DNA of 34,026 bases from assembly GCA_040767805.1 (NCBI GenBank), contig JAXGNU010000014.1:1-34026 (forward strand), in the 5' to 3' direction. Shown piece by piece: positions 20,733 to 30,612 of the stretch. Both the position numbers and the translations under genes were made by a program. The stretch's first letter is position 1. Each line of letters begins with the position of its first letter. The notes beneath the pieces are model-generated. The model made no database searches and was not told where the DNA came from. It was given only the letters and a program-made list of their open reading frames with translations. The DNA comes from Thermovirgaceae bacterium. Lineage in GTDB: Bacteria > Synergistota > Synergistia > Synergistales > Thermovirgaceae.

Positions 20733-21365
20733 ATGCCCTTCATTTTGGCGGTGAGCGGTTTCAAGGACAGCGGGAAGACCACCCTCTGCAAAAAGCTGCT
20801 GCCCCTGCTCAAGGAGAGGGGGCTTGACGTGGCCTACGTGAAGCGGACCCACGAAGAGGTCCTCTCTCCGGCGGGGACCGATTCGGGCCTGCTCGCGCAA
20901 ATTTCGGGCCCCGTGGCGCTCTGGGGATCGGACGGCCTCCGGTTGGAGGACGGTAGAAAGGACATGGACCCCGGCCGCCTGGCGGCCCTCTACTTCCCCG
21001 GCAGGCATCTTCTTCTCCTCGAGGGTGGGAAGGAACTGACCCTTCCCAAGATATGGGTCGGGGACCCCGAGAGCATACCTGAAGAGGTCGTGGGCGTGGT
21101 GGCTTTCTACGACAGGGACAACCCCTGCGGGAAGGAAAGGCACTTCTGCGCCGGTCAGGAGGAGGAATTGGCCGACCTGGTGTCGTCCATGGTCCGCAAG
21201 GCCGAGACCTCGCCGGCCGAGGTCTACAGCCGGGGAAGGAGGATCCCCGTGAAGTCCTTCGTCGGGGAGTTCATCGCCGGCGGCGTCTCGGGGATGCTGG
21301 GCTCCCTCAAGGGGGACTTCGACCCCGAAGACGGGGTGAGCGTCCATATCAGGACCCTACCCTGA
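20733..21365 (+). CDS. mobB: Molybdopterin-guanine dinucleotide biosynthesis protein MobB-like
   Basis: N-terminal P-loop VSGFKDSGKTTL, VAYVKRTH, LLLEGGK..LPKI; C-terminal IPVKSFVGEFIAG extension. Confidence 0.75.
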   Translation: MPFILAVSGFKDSGKTTLCKKLLPLLKERGLDVAYVKRTHEEVLSPAGTDSGLLAQISGPVALWGSDGLRLEDGRKDMDPGRLAALYFPGRHLLLLEGGKELTLPKIWVGDPESIPEEVVGVVAFYDRDNPCGKERHFCAGQEEELADLVSSMVRKAETSPAEVYSRGRRIPVKSFVGEFIAGGVSGMLGSLKGDFDPEDGVSVHIRTLP

Positions 21366-21385
21366 CGTTGCCCCCGGGGACGTCC

Positions 21386-21414
21386 TTGCGGTAAAGGGCC
21401 TGGCTGTCTATAAT
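21386..21414 (+). promoter_or_regulatory. Sigma70 promoter of hppA
   Basis: TTGCGG-17 nt-TATAAT. Confidence 0.7.
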
Positions 21415-21524
21415 GATGGTCGCCCACCCTTTAGGGCGGGCGATAGAGTACTCATGGCGCCCGCCCGGGAGGCGGGCCGTCTTTTGTCCTTAAAGACTTC
21501 ATATTACGCGGGGAGGTTCCTTGA

Positions 21525-23486
21525 ATGTTGGCACAGATCGTCTGGATATCCGGTGGGGCCGGGATGCTCGCGCTGGCGTTCGCCCTGTTCTCGTCGGGGC
21601 GCATCAGGTCCTTCGAGGTCACCAATGAGCGGGTGAACGAACTGTCCGGGATCATACAGAGGGGTTCCATGGCCTTCCTCTCCAGGGAGTACAGGGCGCT
21701 GGTCCCCTTCGTCGCAGTCGTCGGCGCGGTCCTCTGGTTCAAGATCGGCTACCCCATGGCCGTTTCCTTCCTCATCGGGGCTTTCTGCAGCGGTCTCGCG
21801 GGCCTGGTGGGCATGAGGGTCGCCACCAGGGCCAACGGCAAGACGGCCTTCGCCGCCGGCCAGGGCATGAACCCGGCCCTTAGGATAGCCTTCACCGGCG
21901 GGACCGTCATGGGCATGTCCGTCGTCGGCATCGGGATAATCGGCATCATCATCTGCTACGCTTTCTTCAAGGACCCCAACATCGTCACCGGTTTCGGCTT
22001 CGGGGCCAGCTCCATCGCCCTCTTCGCCAGGGTCGGCGGCGGGATATACACCAAGGCCGCCGACGTGGGGGCCGACCTGGTGGGCAAGGTCGAGGCCGGC
22101 ATCCCCGAGGATGACCCGAGGAACCCGGCCGTTATCGCCGACAACGTGGGCGATAACGTGGGCGACATCGCCGGCATGGGGGCCGACCTTTTCGAGTCCT
22201 ACGTGAACTCCATCATCGCCGCCATGGCCATAGGGCTGGTGGCCTACGGTGACACGGGAGTCGTCTACCCCTTGCTCCTGGCCTCCCTCGGCATAGTCTC
22301 GGCGGTCCTGGGGACCTTTTTCGTGAGGGTCCGCGAGGGGGGAGACCCCCAACTGGCACTCAGGGTAGGGACCCTCGTGACGGGGGCCCTCATGATAGTC
22401 GGTTCCTACTTCATGACCAGGGCCGTATTCAATGACATAACCCTCTTTTGGGCCGTCCTCTCCGGGGTGGCCGTCGGGGTTCTCATAGGCATCATCACCG
22501 AGTACTACACCTCTTCGGGTTACCCACCCGTCAAAGGGATAGCCCAGGCCTCGATCACGGGGACGGCGACCAACATCCTGGCCGGCCTCGGGGTCGGCAT
22601 GAAGTCCACCGCCATCCCCGTCCTGATGCTCTGCGGCTCCATCCTCGTAGGCGTCAGGTTCGGCGGCCTTTACGGCATCGCCTGCGCGGCCGTCGGCATG
22701 CTCTCCATCACCGGGATGACCCTCAGCGTCGACGCCTACGGCCCCATCGCGGACAACGCCGGCGGCATAGCCGAGATGAGCCACATGCCTCCCCAGGTCC
22801 GCAAGATCACGGACCGGCTCGACGCGGTGGGGAACACCACCGCGGCGATAGGGAAGGGCTTGGCCATCGGGTCGGCGGCCCTCACGGCCCTGGCCCTCTT
22901 CGCCGCCTACGCCACCGCGGTGGGCCTGGAGGTTATCGATATCAACAACCCCAGGGTCATGGTGGGCCTTTTCATCGGAGGCATGCTCCCCTTCGTCTTC
23001 AGCGCCATGACGATCCAGGCCGTCGGCCGGGCCGCCTCCCAGATGATCGACGAGGTGCGCCGCCAGTTCCGCGAAATACCGGGCATAATGGAGGGTGAAG
23101 GCCAGCCCGAGTACGAGCGCTGCATAGAGATATCCACCGGCGCCTCCCTCAAGGAGATGGTCATTCCCGGATCCCTCGCCGTGGTCAGCCCGGTGGTCGT
23201 GGGCCTTGTGCTGGGGGCCGAGGCCCTCGGCGGGCTGCTGGGCGGGGCCATCATCACGGGCGTCATGATGGCCATTTTCATGTCCAACGCCGGCGGGGCC
23301 TGGGACAACGCCAAGAAGTTCATCGAGGAAGGCAACCACGGGGGGAAGGGTTCGGAGCCCCACGGGGCGGCCGTCGTGGGTGATACCGTCGGTGACCCCT
23401 TCAAGGATACCGCCGGCCCCAGCCTCAACATCCTGATAAAACTTATGTCGGTGGTAGCCCTGGTCTTGGCGCCGTTGTTCGTCTAG
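21525..23486 (+). CDS. hppA: Membrane pyrophosphatase, K+-dependent type (probably Na+-translocating)
   Basis: [29 protein letters not shown] and [11 protein letters not shown] motifs; GNTTAA (Ala) marks the K+-dependent class. Confidence 0.95.
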   Translation: MLAQIVWISGGAGMLALAFALFSSGRIRSFEVTNERVNELSGIIQRGSMAFLSREYRALVPFVAVVGAVLWFKIGYPMAVSFLIGAFCSGLAGLVGMRVATRANGKTAFAAGQGMNPALRIAFTGGTVMGMSVVGIGIIGIIICYAFFKDPNIVTGFGFGASSIALFARVGGGIYTKAADVGADLVGKVEAGIPEDDPRNPAVIADNVGDNVGDIAGMGADLFESYVNSIIAAMAIGLVAYGDTGVVYPLLLASLGIVSAVLGTFFVRVREGGDPQLALRVGTLVTGALMIVGSYFMTRAVFNDITLFWAVLSGVAVGVLIGIITEYYTSSGYPPVKGIAQASITGTATNILAGLGVGMKSTAIPVLMLCGSILVGVRFGGLYGIACAAVGMLSITGMTLSVDAYGPIADNAGGIAEMSHMPPQVRKITDRLDAVGNTTAAIGKGLAIGSAALTALALFAAYATAVGLEVIDINNPRVMVGLFIGGMLPFVFSAMTIQAVGRAASQMIDEVRRQFREIPGIMEGEGQPEYERCIEISTGASLKEMVIPGSLAVVSPVVVGLVLGAEALGGLLGGAIITGVMMAIFMSNAGGAWDNAKKFIEEGNHGGKGSEPHGAAVVGDTVGDPFKDTAGPSLNILIKLMSVVALVLAPLFV

Positions 23487-23608
23487 GGGCCGCCCTCCGC
23501 ATCGACGGGGCACAAGAAGCGGACCAGGCTCGATAACGGCGGGGGAGGGCGACCGGTTGCCCTCCCCCGGCCTGTCTGCAGGGTTTGCCCGGGGAAGGTG
23601 GTGCGGTT

Positions 23609-25357
23609 TTGAACCGGGACGCCGTAAGGACGATCAAGGACCGGATCGATATCGTGGAACTGATCGGAGAGTCGGTCCAGCTCAGGAGGGCCGGTAAAAG
23701 CTTCCGGGGGCTCTGCCCTTTCCACGCCGAGAAGACACCCTCGTTTTTCGTCTCCTCGGAACGGCAGACCTACCACTGTTTCGGCTGCGGCCGGGGTGGC
23801 GACCTGTTTTCCTTCGTGATGGAAAAGGAGGGCATGACCTTTCCCGAGGCGCTGGCCTTGCTGGCCGACAGGGCGGGGGTCGCCCTTGAACGCCCCGGCG
23901 GGCGCCGGGGACGGTCGAGAGGGGCGGTGGGCGCCATGGAGAAGGCCCTCGCCTTTTTCCGGCGGTCCCTGGCGGGGCCACAAGGGGAGAGCGCCAGGAA
24001 GTACCTCGAGAGGAGGGGCATTGGCGTTGCCGATGCCGCGGCCTTCGAGTTGGGGTGGGCGCCCCCCTCCTGGGACTCGCTCAAGAGAGAACTCGAGGCC
24101 TCCGGTGTCCCGACGGGGGACGCCATGGCGGCGGGGCTCCTGGCCGGCGAGGGGACGCGGGTTTACGACCGCTTCAGGGGCAGGGTTATTTTTCCCATCA
24201 GGGACCTCCAGGGGAGGCTCGTCGCCTTCGGCGGGCGCCTCGTGGACGGCGAAGGCGCCAAGTATATCAACAGCCCCGAGGGCGAACTCTACAGCAAAAG
24301 GAGGACCCTCTACCTTCTGAACGCGGCGAAGCCCTCGATCCGCGAGAAGGGCCGCTCGATCCTCGTCGAAGGCTACATGGACGCTATAAAACTCCACATG
24401 GCAGGTTTCCCCGAGACTGTCGCTTCCCTGGGGACCGCCCTGGCAGAGGAGCAGGCGGACCTCCTAAAGAGGTTCGCCGACCAGTGCCTCATATGTTACG
24501 ACTCCGACGCGGCTGGGCAGGAGGCTACGATCAGGGGGATGTACACCCTGCAAAAGAGCGGCCTGGACATCAGGGTGGTGGTTCTCCCCACGGGCAAGGA
24601 CCCCGACGATGTCGTCAGCGCCCCCGGCGGACGGGAGGATTTCCTGGGGCTGATCAAGGGGTCCGAACCTCTCCCACTCTTTCACATCAGGGTCAAGGGC
24701 GAAGAATTATCCGACGAGAGGCGGAAGACCGCCGCGAGGAGGGAGATCATCGAGAGCCTGGCGGGGTTGCCCCCACTGGAGGCCAATAGGCATATCACCC
24801 AGGTGGCCCAGGGCCTGGGCCTTCTGCTGCCGGAGATGGTCGACCTCCTGAGGGAAGCCCGGAGGTCCCTGGGCCGGGTCGGGAAAAAAGGTATTCCGGG
24901 CCCGGAGAGCGTATATATGTATGAGGACAGGGGCGTCCCCGGCGGCGGCAGACCCTCGGACCCGTGGGAAGCGGCCTTCTGTTACCTCCTGTGGACCGAC
25001 GAAACGAAGAGGGCCGAGGTGGAACCGGCCCGGGCGCTGGAACTCCTCTCGGAAGAGGGGGCCAAGTCCGTGGCCCTGTCGATCCTCTCGGAGGACAGCA
25101 CCGAGGAGTTGAGGTCGAGGTGGGCCGAAGCCGGTGACGACTACCCCATGAGGCTCATTTCTACGGGGTGGGGGCACTGCGCTAAAAACGGAGAGCGGGA
25201 AGACATGTGGGACATCGTCCTTTCGGCCCTCGAGACCATGAGGTCCAAGGACAGGTTCGACGCCCTGAGGGAGAAGCACGCCAGGGGCGAGGCCTCCCCC
25301 GAAGAGATGAGGGAATACCTCGAACTCGCCAGGAAACTCAAAAGGAGGGACCGTTGA
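23609..25357 (+). CDS. dnaG: DNA primase
   Basis: Zinc finger CPFH...[34 protein letters not shown] and YDSDAAG, KDPDD; TTG 23609 after AAGGTGG. Confidence 0.96.
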   Translation: MNRDAVRTIKDRIDIVELIGESVQLRRAGKSFRGLCPFHAEKTPSFFVSSERQTYHCFGCGRGGDLFSFVMEKEGMTFPEALALLADRAGVALERPGGRRGRSRGAVGAMEKALAFFRRSLAGPQGESARKYLERRGIGVADAAAFELGWAPPSWDSLKRELEASGVPTGDAMAAGLLAGEGTRVYDRFRGRVIFPIRDLQGRLVAFGGRLVDGEGAKYINSPEGELYSKRRTLYLLNAAKPSIREKGRSILVEGYMDAIKLHMAGFPETVASLGTALAEEQADLLKRFADQCLICYDSDAAGQEATIRGMYTLQKSGLDIRVVVLPTGKDPDDVVSAPGGREDFLGLIKGSEPLPLFHIRVKGEELSDERRKTAARREIIESLAGLPPLEANRHITQVAQGLGLLLPEMVDLLREARRSLGRVGKKGIPGPESVYMYEDRGVPGGGRPSDPWEAAFCYLLWTDETKRAEVEPARALELLSEEGAKSVALSILSEDSTEELRSRWAEAGDDYPMRLISTGWGHCAKNGEREDMWDIVLSALETMRSKDRFDALREKHARGEASPEEMREYLELARKLKRRDR

Positions 25358-25361
25358 AGCC

Positions 25362-26552
25362 ATGACCGACGTCGAAAAGGCCCCGGAAGAGTTTGAAGTC
25401 CTCGATGCGGCCGACGCCGAAGACGCCGTTGACCCGGTCGGGGAGGCCGAGGTCGCCCCTAGGGAAGTGGCGAAGTACATAGAAAGCTTCAAGGAGCTGC
25501 TCCACGTGGGGCGCGAAAAGGGTTTCGTGACCTACGACGATATTGAGAAACATTTGCCGGGGGAGATGATGAACGAGGAGACCCTGGACACCCTTTACTT
25601 CAACCTCAGTGAACTCGGTATAGACCTGGTGGAGGTTGAAAAGGCCAAGAGCGAACCCCGCGACGACTCATCGTCTCCGCCGGCGGCCGAGTACAGCGAG
25701 GAGATGGGCGTCCTGGAAGACCTGCCCCTGTCGGACCCCGTCAGGATGTACCTCAGGGAGATAGGGAAAATCTCCCTGCTCAAGCCTGAAGAGGAGGTGG
25801 AGCTGGCCAAGCTGGTCGAAGCCGGCGACCCCGCGGGGAAGAGTCACCTGGTGGAGGCCAACCTCAGGCTCGTGGTCAGCATAGCCAAGAAATACATCGG
25901 CCGGGGCATGCTGTTTTTGGACCTAATCCAGGAAGGCAACCTCGGCCTCATCCGCGCCGTGGAGAAGTTCGATTACCGCAAGGGTTTCAAATTCAGCACC
26001 TACGCGACGTGGTGGATCCGCCAGGCCATCACCAGGGCCATCGCCGACCAGGCCAGGACCATCCGGATACCCGTCCACATGGTGGAGACCATCAACAGGC
26101 TTATCAGGGTTTCGAGGCAACTGGTCCAAAGGCTCGGAAGGGAGCCCACCGCGGAGGAGATCGCCGCGGAGATGGCCATTGGTGCGGAAAGGGTAGAGGA
26201 GATCCAGAGGATAGCCCAGGAGCCTGTCTCGCTTGAGACCCCCATCGGCGAAGAAGAGGACAGCCAGCTGAGCGACTTCATCGAAGACAAGAACCTCCCC
26301 AGCCCCGAGGACGCAGCCGCGGTCCAGTTGCTGAGGGAGCAGCTGGAGGGGATGCTCGAGGAACTCACCGAAAGGGAAAAGGAAGTCCTCCGGTTGAGGT
26401 TCGGCCTCGAGGATGGTCACCCCTACACCCTCGAGGAAGTGGGGAGACGCTTCGGCGTGACCCGGGAGAGGATAAGGCAGATCGAGGCCAAGGCCCTGCG
26501 GAAGCTCAGGCACCCCAGCAGGAGCAAAAAGCTCAGGGACTTTCTCGATTGA
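25362..26552 (+). CDS. rpoD: Primary RNA polymerase sigma factor
   Basis: [40 protein letters not shown] and [17 protein letters not shown] motifs. Confidence 0.98.
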   Translation: MTDVEKAPEEFEVLDAADAEDAVDPVGEAEVAPREVAKYIESFKELLHVGREKGFVTYDDIEKHLPGEMMNEETLDTLYFNLSELGIDLVEVEKAKSEPRDDSSSPPAAEYSEEMGVLEDLPLSDPVRMYLREIGKISLLKPEEEVELAKLVEAGDPAGKSHLVEANLRLVVSIAKKYIGRGMLFLDLIQEGNLGLIRAVEKFDYRKGFKFSTYATWWIRQAITRAIADQARTIRIPVHMVETINRLIRVSRQLVQRLGREPTAEEIAAEMAIGAERVEEIQRIAQEPVSLETPIGEEEDSQLSDFIEDKNLPSPEDAAAVQLLREQLEGMLEELTEREKEVLRLRFGLEDGHPYTLEEVGRRFGVTRERIRQIEAKALRKLRHPSRSKKLRDFLD

Positions 26553-26612
26553 GGACGGTATGGCCTTGCTTGGTCGAGGTTTTCCGTTTTTTAAGCAATG
26601 ATACAAATCATT

Positions 26613-26621
26613 TGTTATAAT
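26613..26621 (+). promoter_or_regulatory. Extended -10 promoter for the S4-rex genes
   Basis: TGtTATAAT in an AT-rich intergenic region. Confidence 0.65.
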
Positions 26622-26652
26622 GTTCACGGATGACCTCAGGGAGGCGCCTGTC

Positions 26653-26925
26653 TTGCGGGTTGACCGTTTCCTCAAGCTTTCCCGCGTCGTCAAAAGGAGG
26701 AGTTACGCCCAGGAGATGATAACCCACGGGGCGGTGCGCGTGGGGGGCGTCCCTGTGCGCTCTTCCAGGGGGCTGAAGCCGGGCGACATCATCGAGGTGG
26801 CCTTCCCGAGGAAGGTCCTGACCATCAAGGTCACTTCCGTGGATGAATCCCTCCTGAAGTGTGGCGGGGAGGCCTTCGAACTGATCGGCCAGAGGCCGGT
26901 GAGGGACGATCAAAGACCCTGGTGA
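26653..26925 (+). CDS. S4-domain RNA-binding protein (Hsp15/RqcP-like)
   Basis: MRVDRFLKLSRVVKRRSYAQE...G.V.V...LKPGDIIEV; TTG start after GGGAGG. Confidence 0.88.
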   Translation: MRVDRFLKLSRVVKRRSYAQEMITHGAVRVGGVPVRSSRGLKPGDIIEVAFPRKVLTIKVTSVDESLLKCGGEAFELIGQRPVRDDQRPW

Positions 26926-26974
26926 GAGGACAGAGCAGCCATCCTGGCGAGCCATTCTTGAGGAGGCAGGGACT

Positions 26975-27601
26975 ATGAGGGTAGCGGAACCGACCGTCGA
27001 GCGCCTGGTGCTTTACTACAGGCTTCTCATGCAACTCCACAACGAGGAGCGGAGGGTGGTCTCCTCCCAGGAAATAGGTGAAATGCTGGGCCTGAAGGCG
27101 AGCCAGGTGAGGAAGGACCTCTCCTACTTCGGAGAGATCGGCAAGCGCGGGGTGGGCTACCACGTGGAGCGCCTCTACAGGCACGTCAGCGATATCCTCT
27201 CACCCGACAGGGTCTGGAAGATCGCCCTGGTGGGCGTGGGTAGGCTCGGCGAAGCCCTCCTGGGCCACAAGGCTTTGAGAAGCGAGAAGTTCAGGCTTGA
27301 GGCCCTTTTCGACAACGATCCCGCCAAGATAGGCCAGGTCATCTGCAGCGTCCCCTGCTACGATTCCGAGGAAATGACGGAGATAATCCGTGAGAAGGGG
27401 ATCGAGGTCGTGATCCTTACGATCCCGGCCGCCGCGGCCCAGGTCTCGGCCGACAAGGCGGTGGCCGCCGGCACCGTAAAGGGTATCCTCACTTTTGCGA
27501 CCACGGCGATATCCGTCCCCGAGGAGGTCCTTGTCTACAGGGTGGATATATCGGTCGAACTGGAGAAACTGCTCTTTTTCCTAAAAGGGCGTATGGCCTA
27601 A
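26975..27601 (+). CDS. rex: Redox-sensing transcriptional repressor Rex
   Basis: TVERLVLYYR, SQVRKDLSYFGEIGKRGVGY and Rossmann-fold VGVGRLG motifs. Confidence 0.96.
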   Translation: MRVAEPTVERLVLYYRLLMQLHNEERRVVSSQEIGEMLGLKASQVRKDLSYFGEIGKRGVGYHVERLYRHVSDILSPDRVWKIALVGVGRLGEALLGHKALRSEKFRLEALFDNDPAKIGQVICSVPCYDSEEMTEIIREKGIEVVILTIPAAAAQVSADKAVAAGTVKGILTFATTAISVPEEVLVYRVDISVELEKLLFFLKGRMA

Positions 27602-27649
27602 GTGCGCCGGGGCCCCTGGCCCGGTAGTGTTCCGATTGCTTTCTTGTCA

Positions 27650-27658
27650 TGATAGAAT
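27650..27658 (+). promoter_or_regulatory. Putative extended -10 promoter of yajC
   Basis: TGaTAGAAT, with TTCCGA 17 nt upstream of the -10. Confidence 0.5.
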
Positions 27659-27712
27659 GTTCAGTGCGAAAAGGATCCTCTAAGGGCGAGGATAAAGAGG
27701 GAGGCGTGGCTA

Positions 27713-28000
27713 TTGCAGGGACAGGGTGGACTCATGAGCATGCTCCTGCCGCTTGGAGTATTTATCGTTATCTTCTACTTCCTGATCATCAGGCCCCAGA
27801 AGAAGCGACAGCGAAAGCACGATGAGATGCTGGCATCGATCCGCCGCGGAGACGTGGTCGTCACCGCCGGCGGCTTCTACGGCACCGTGAAGGAGGTCCT
27901 TGACGACAGTTACGTCATCGAGATCGCCGACGGCGTCAAGGCGAGGATTCTCAAAGCTTCCATCCAGATGAAAAAGCAGGATGAGCACCCGGCCGGTTAG
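27713..28000 (+). CDS. yajC: Preprotein translocase subunit YajC
   Basis: FYFLIIRPQKKRQ...GDVVVTAGGFYG motif; upstream of secDF. Confidence 0.95.
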   Translation: MQGQGGLMSMLLPLGVFIVIFYFLIIRPQKKRQRKHDEMLASIRRGDVVVTAGGFYGTVKEVLDDSYVIEIADGVKARILKASIQMKKQDEHPAG

Positions 28001-28058
28001 CCCCCGTACGGCCGGCGATGGTCATCCTCGTCAATAGAGGGCCGGTCAGGGCTTCCTT

Positions 28059-28091
28059 CGGAGTGGATGCCGTGCGTCCGCTCCGTTTTTT
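28059..28091 (+). terminator. Intrinsic terminator-like hairpin between yajC and secD
   Basis: CGGAGTGGATGC-cgt-GCGTCCGCTCCG followed by TTTTTT. Confidence 0.75.
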
Positions 28092-28168
28092 ATGAAGGGC
28101 TCGGCCGTCGTGGCGGTAAATGGACCGCCTGGCGGGGAAATGAGGTTTCCAACAGGGGAGGAAGGCAC

Positions 28169-29584
28169 ATGCTCAAAAAGGATCGTTGGCGGCTTATCCT
28201 TGTCGTGGTGGTGGTAGCGGCCGCCCTGCTATTCGTCTTCCCCATCAAGGGGAGGATCCGCCTGGGGCTGGACCTCAAGGGAGGGGCCCATATCCTGCTC
28301 CAGGCCCAGGGTACCGCCGAGAACCCGCTGACCGATGACAGCGTCGAGCGTCTCCTCGCGGTCCTGCGGAACAGGATAGACCAGTACGGGGTCACGGAGC
28401 CCGTCATCCAGAGGGAGGGGAGGGACAGGGTCATCGTCGACCTCCCCGGGGTTGCCGATCCGGAGGCGGCCCTGGAACTGATAGGCAAGACGGCGCTGCT
28501 GGAGTTCAGGCATGTCTACGAATCGACGGGGACGGTTCCCCCCGGTCCGCAGAGGCCCAACTACGATACCGAGGACGAGTTCCTGGAAGCGCAGGCGAGG
28601 TGGGAAGCGGTCCGGGGACAGTTCGACCGGGCCGCCGAGGAGATGCGCCTCAAGGCAGAAAAGGACCCGGACAAGGTTTTGGCCCGGAGCGAGGAGGGCG
28701 AGGCCTACCTCCTGGGCCGGGCCTATGTGGGGGGCAAGGACCTGGAGGACGCCAAGACGGGTTTTGACAACCTGGGGCGCCCCGTGGTCACGCTGAAGTT
28801 CAGCTCCCAGGGCGCGAAGCTTTTTGACGAGGCCACGGCAGCCAATGTGGGTCGCCAGATAGCCATCTGCCTCGACAACAAGGTCATCTCGGCGCCGGTG
28901 GTCCAGGAGAGGATAAGCGGGGGCAACGCCCAGATCTCCGGCCGGTTCTCCACGGCCGAGGCGCAGCGCCTGGCCATAATGCTCAGGGCCGGCGCCCTCC
29001 CGGTCGCGGTGGAGATCCTTGAGAACCGGTCGGTGGGCCCGACCCTAGGTTCGGATTCCATCAACTCCGGCGTAAGGGCAGGCTTGGTAGGGGCCGTCCT
29101 CGTGCTGATCTTCATGCTGATCTACTACCGGACCCTGGGGCTGGCGGCCGACGCGGCCCTCGTGGTCTGCATGCTGCTGGTTTTCGCGGGCCTTATCGGC
29201 TTTCGAGCCACCCTCACCCTGCCCGGCATCGCGGGCATCATCCTGACCCTGGGGATGGCCGTGGACGGCAATATCCTGATCTACGAGAGGATGAGGGAAG
29301 AGATCGCCGGGGGCAAGACCCCCCAGGCCGCCGTGGACTCCGGGTTCCGCAAGGCCCTGACGACCATCCTCGATGCCAACATAACGACCCTCATCGCCGC
29401 GGCGGTACTGTTTTACTTCGGCACCGGGCCGGTAAGGGGTTTCGCCGTCACCCTTTCCATAGGGATCGTCGCCGGCGTCTTCAGCGCCGTCGTCGTCACC
29501 AGGGCGCTCCTGCATCTTTTCCAGTCGAGGGGGCGCGGCAGGGTTGAAGCGGCCCCGTCGGGAGCAAGGGGGAAAAGGCGATGA
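28169..29584 (+). CDS. secD: Protein translocase subunit SecD
   Basis: LGLDLKGG, RIDQYGVTEP, LRAGALP, VGPTLG, GMAVDGNILIYER and DANITT motifs. Confidence 0.97.
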   Translation: MLKKDRWRLILVVVVVAAALLFVFPIKGRIRLGLDLKGGAHILLQAQGTAENPLTDDSVERLLAVLRNRIDQYGVTEPVIQREGRDRVIVDLPGVADPEAALELIGKTALLEFRHVYESTGTVPPGPQRPNYDTEDEFLEAQARWEAVRGQFDRAAEEMRLKAEKDPDKVLARSEEGEAYLLGRAYVGGKDLEDAKTGFDNLGRPVVTLKFSSQGAKLFDEATAANVGRQIAICLDNKVISAPVVQERISGGNAQISGRFSTAEAQRLAIMLRAGALPVAVEILENRSVGPTLGSDSINSGVRAGLVGAVLVLIFMLIYYRTLGLAADAALVVCMLLVFAGLIGFRATLTLPGIAGIILTLGMAVDGNILIYERMREEIAGGKTPQAAVDSGFRKALTTILDANITTLIAAAVLFYFGTGPVRGFAVTLSIGIVAGVFSAVVVTRALLHLFQSRGRGRVEAAPSGARGKRR

Positions 29585-30459
29585 TATTCAAGATCAAGAA
29601 GAGCATTGATTTCATGGGCATGAGAAAGGTGACCCTCTCCCTCAGCCTTGCCATGGTGGTCATCAGCCTGGGGTTGCTCGGCTTCAAGGGCCTGAACCTG
29701 GGCATCGACTTCACCGGGGGCAACCTGGCCCAGGTGGAGTTCTCCCACCCCGTCGGGGTGGCCGAGGTCCGGGAGGTCCTCGCCGAGGCAGGCCAGGGCC
29801 AGGCCATCATCCAGGCTTACAGCGACAACGGGGTGCTCATCAGGATGAGTTCCTTCGACGACAAGGCGGCCCAGGAGGTCCTATCGGCGCTTCGCTCCAG
29901 GTTCGGCGAGGTCGAGGTGCTCCGGCTGGAAAAGGTTGGACCCGTGGCGGGAGAGCAGCTCCGACAGCAGGCTGCCGTGGCCCTGGTCATCGCCCTTGGG
30001 GGGATACTGGTCTACATCACCGTCAGGTTCCGTTTCCGTTTCGCCGTGGTCAGCGTCGCCGCCCTGGTCCACGACACGATAATAACCCTGGGGGCCTTCT
30101 CGCTGCTCGGGAGGGAAGTGTCACTGCCGTTCATCGCCGCGATCCTGACCATCGTGGGCTACTCCCTCAACGATACCATCGTCGTCTTCGACCGCGTCAG
30201 GGAGAACTGGAAAGGGCTTCGTCAACGGGGGATGGTCACCCTCGTGAACGACTCGATAAACGAGACGCTCTCGAGGACCGTCAACACCTCCCTGACCACC
30301 CTTTTCCCCGTCGCGACCCTTTTCCTCTGGGGGGGGCCGGTCATCGCGAACTTCGCCCTGGCGCTGCTCATCGGGATCGTGGCCGGCACCTACAGTTCCG
30401 TCTGCATCGCGGGAGCCCTGCTGGGCGAGTGGTACCTGAGGTCCCCGGAGAAGGCGTGA
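29581..30459 (+). CDS. secF: Protein translocase subunit SecF
   Basis: GIDFTGG, GYSLNDTIVVFDRVRE and RTVNTSLTT motifs. Confidence 0.97.
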   Translation: MIFKIKKSIDFMGMRKVTLSLSLAMVVISLGLLGFKGLNLGIDFTGGNLAQVEFSHPVGVAEVREVLAEAGQGQAIIQAYSDNGVLIRMSSFDDKAAQEVLSALRSRFGEVEVLRLEKVGPVAGEQLRQQAAVALVIALGGILVYITVRFRFRFAVVSVAALVHDTIITLGAFSLLGREVSLPFIAAILTIVGYSLNDTIVVFDRVRENWKGLRQRGMVTLVNDSINETLSRTVNTSLTTLFPVATLFLWGGPVIANFALALLIGIVAGTYSSVCIAGALLGEWYLRSPEKA

Positions 30460-30479
30460 CCGAGGAGACTGAAAAAGTG

Positions 30480-30516
30480 GCGTGGGGGGCCGGGGAACGG
30501 CCTCCCACGCTTTTTT
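30480..30516 (+). terminator. Intrinsic terminator after secF
   Basis: GCGTGGGGGGCCG-gggaa-CGGCCTCCCACGC followed by TTTTTT. Confidence 0.85.
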
Positions 30517-30612
30517 GACGGATGCCGGTGAAAGGTATAATATTTTCATAGCGATCTATATTACGGTGAAAGAGCGCACGAATGCAGATATTAGCCAGAG
30601 GGAGGGATTTTC

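Noticed and set aside
21419..21486. Fluoride riboswitch upstream of hppA
   Set aside because: GGCGAT is present, but the following GGnGTTCnCC and downstream GCTGATGAC elements of that class are not.
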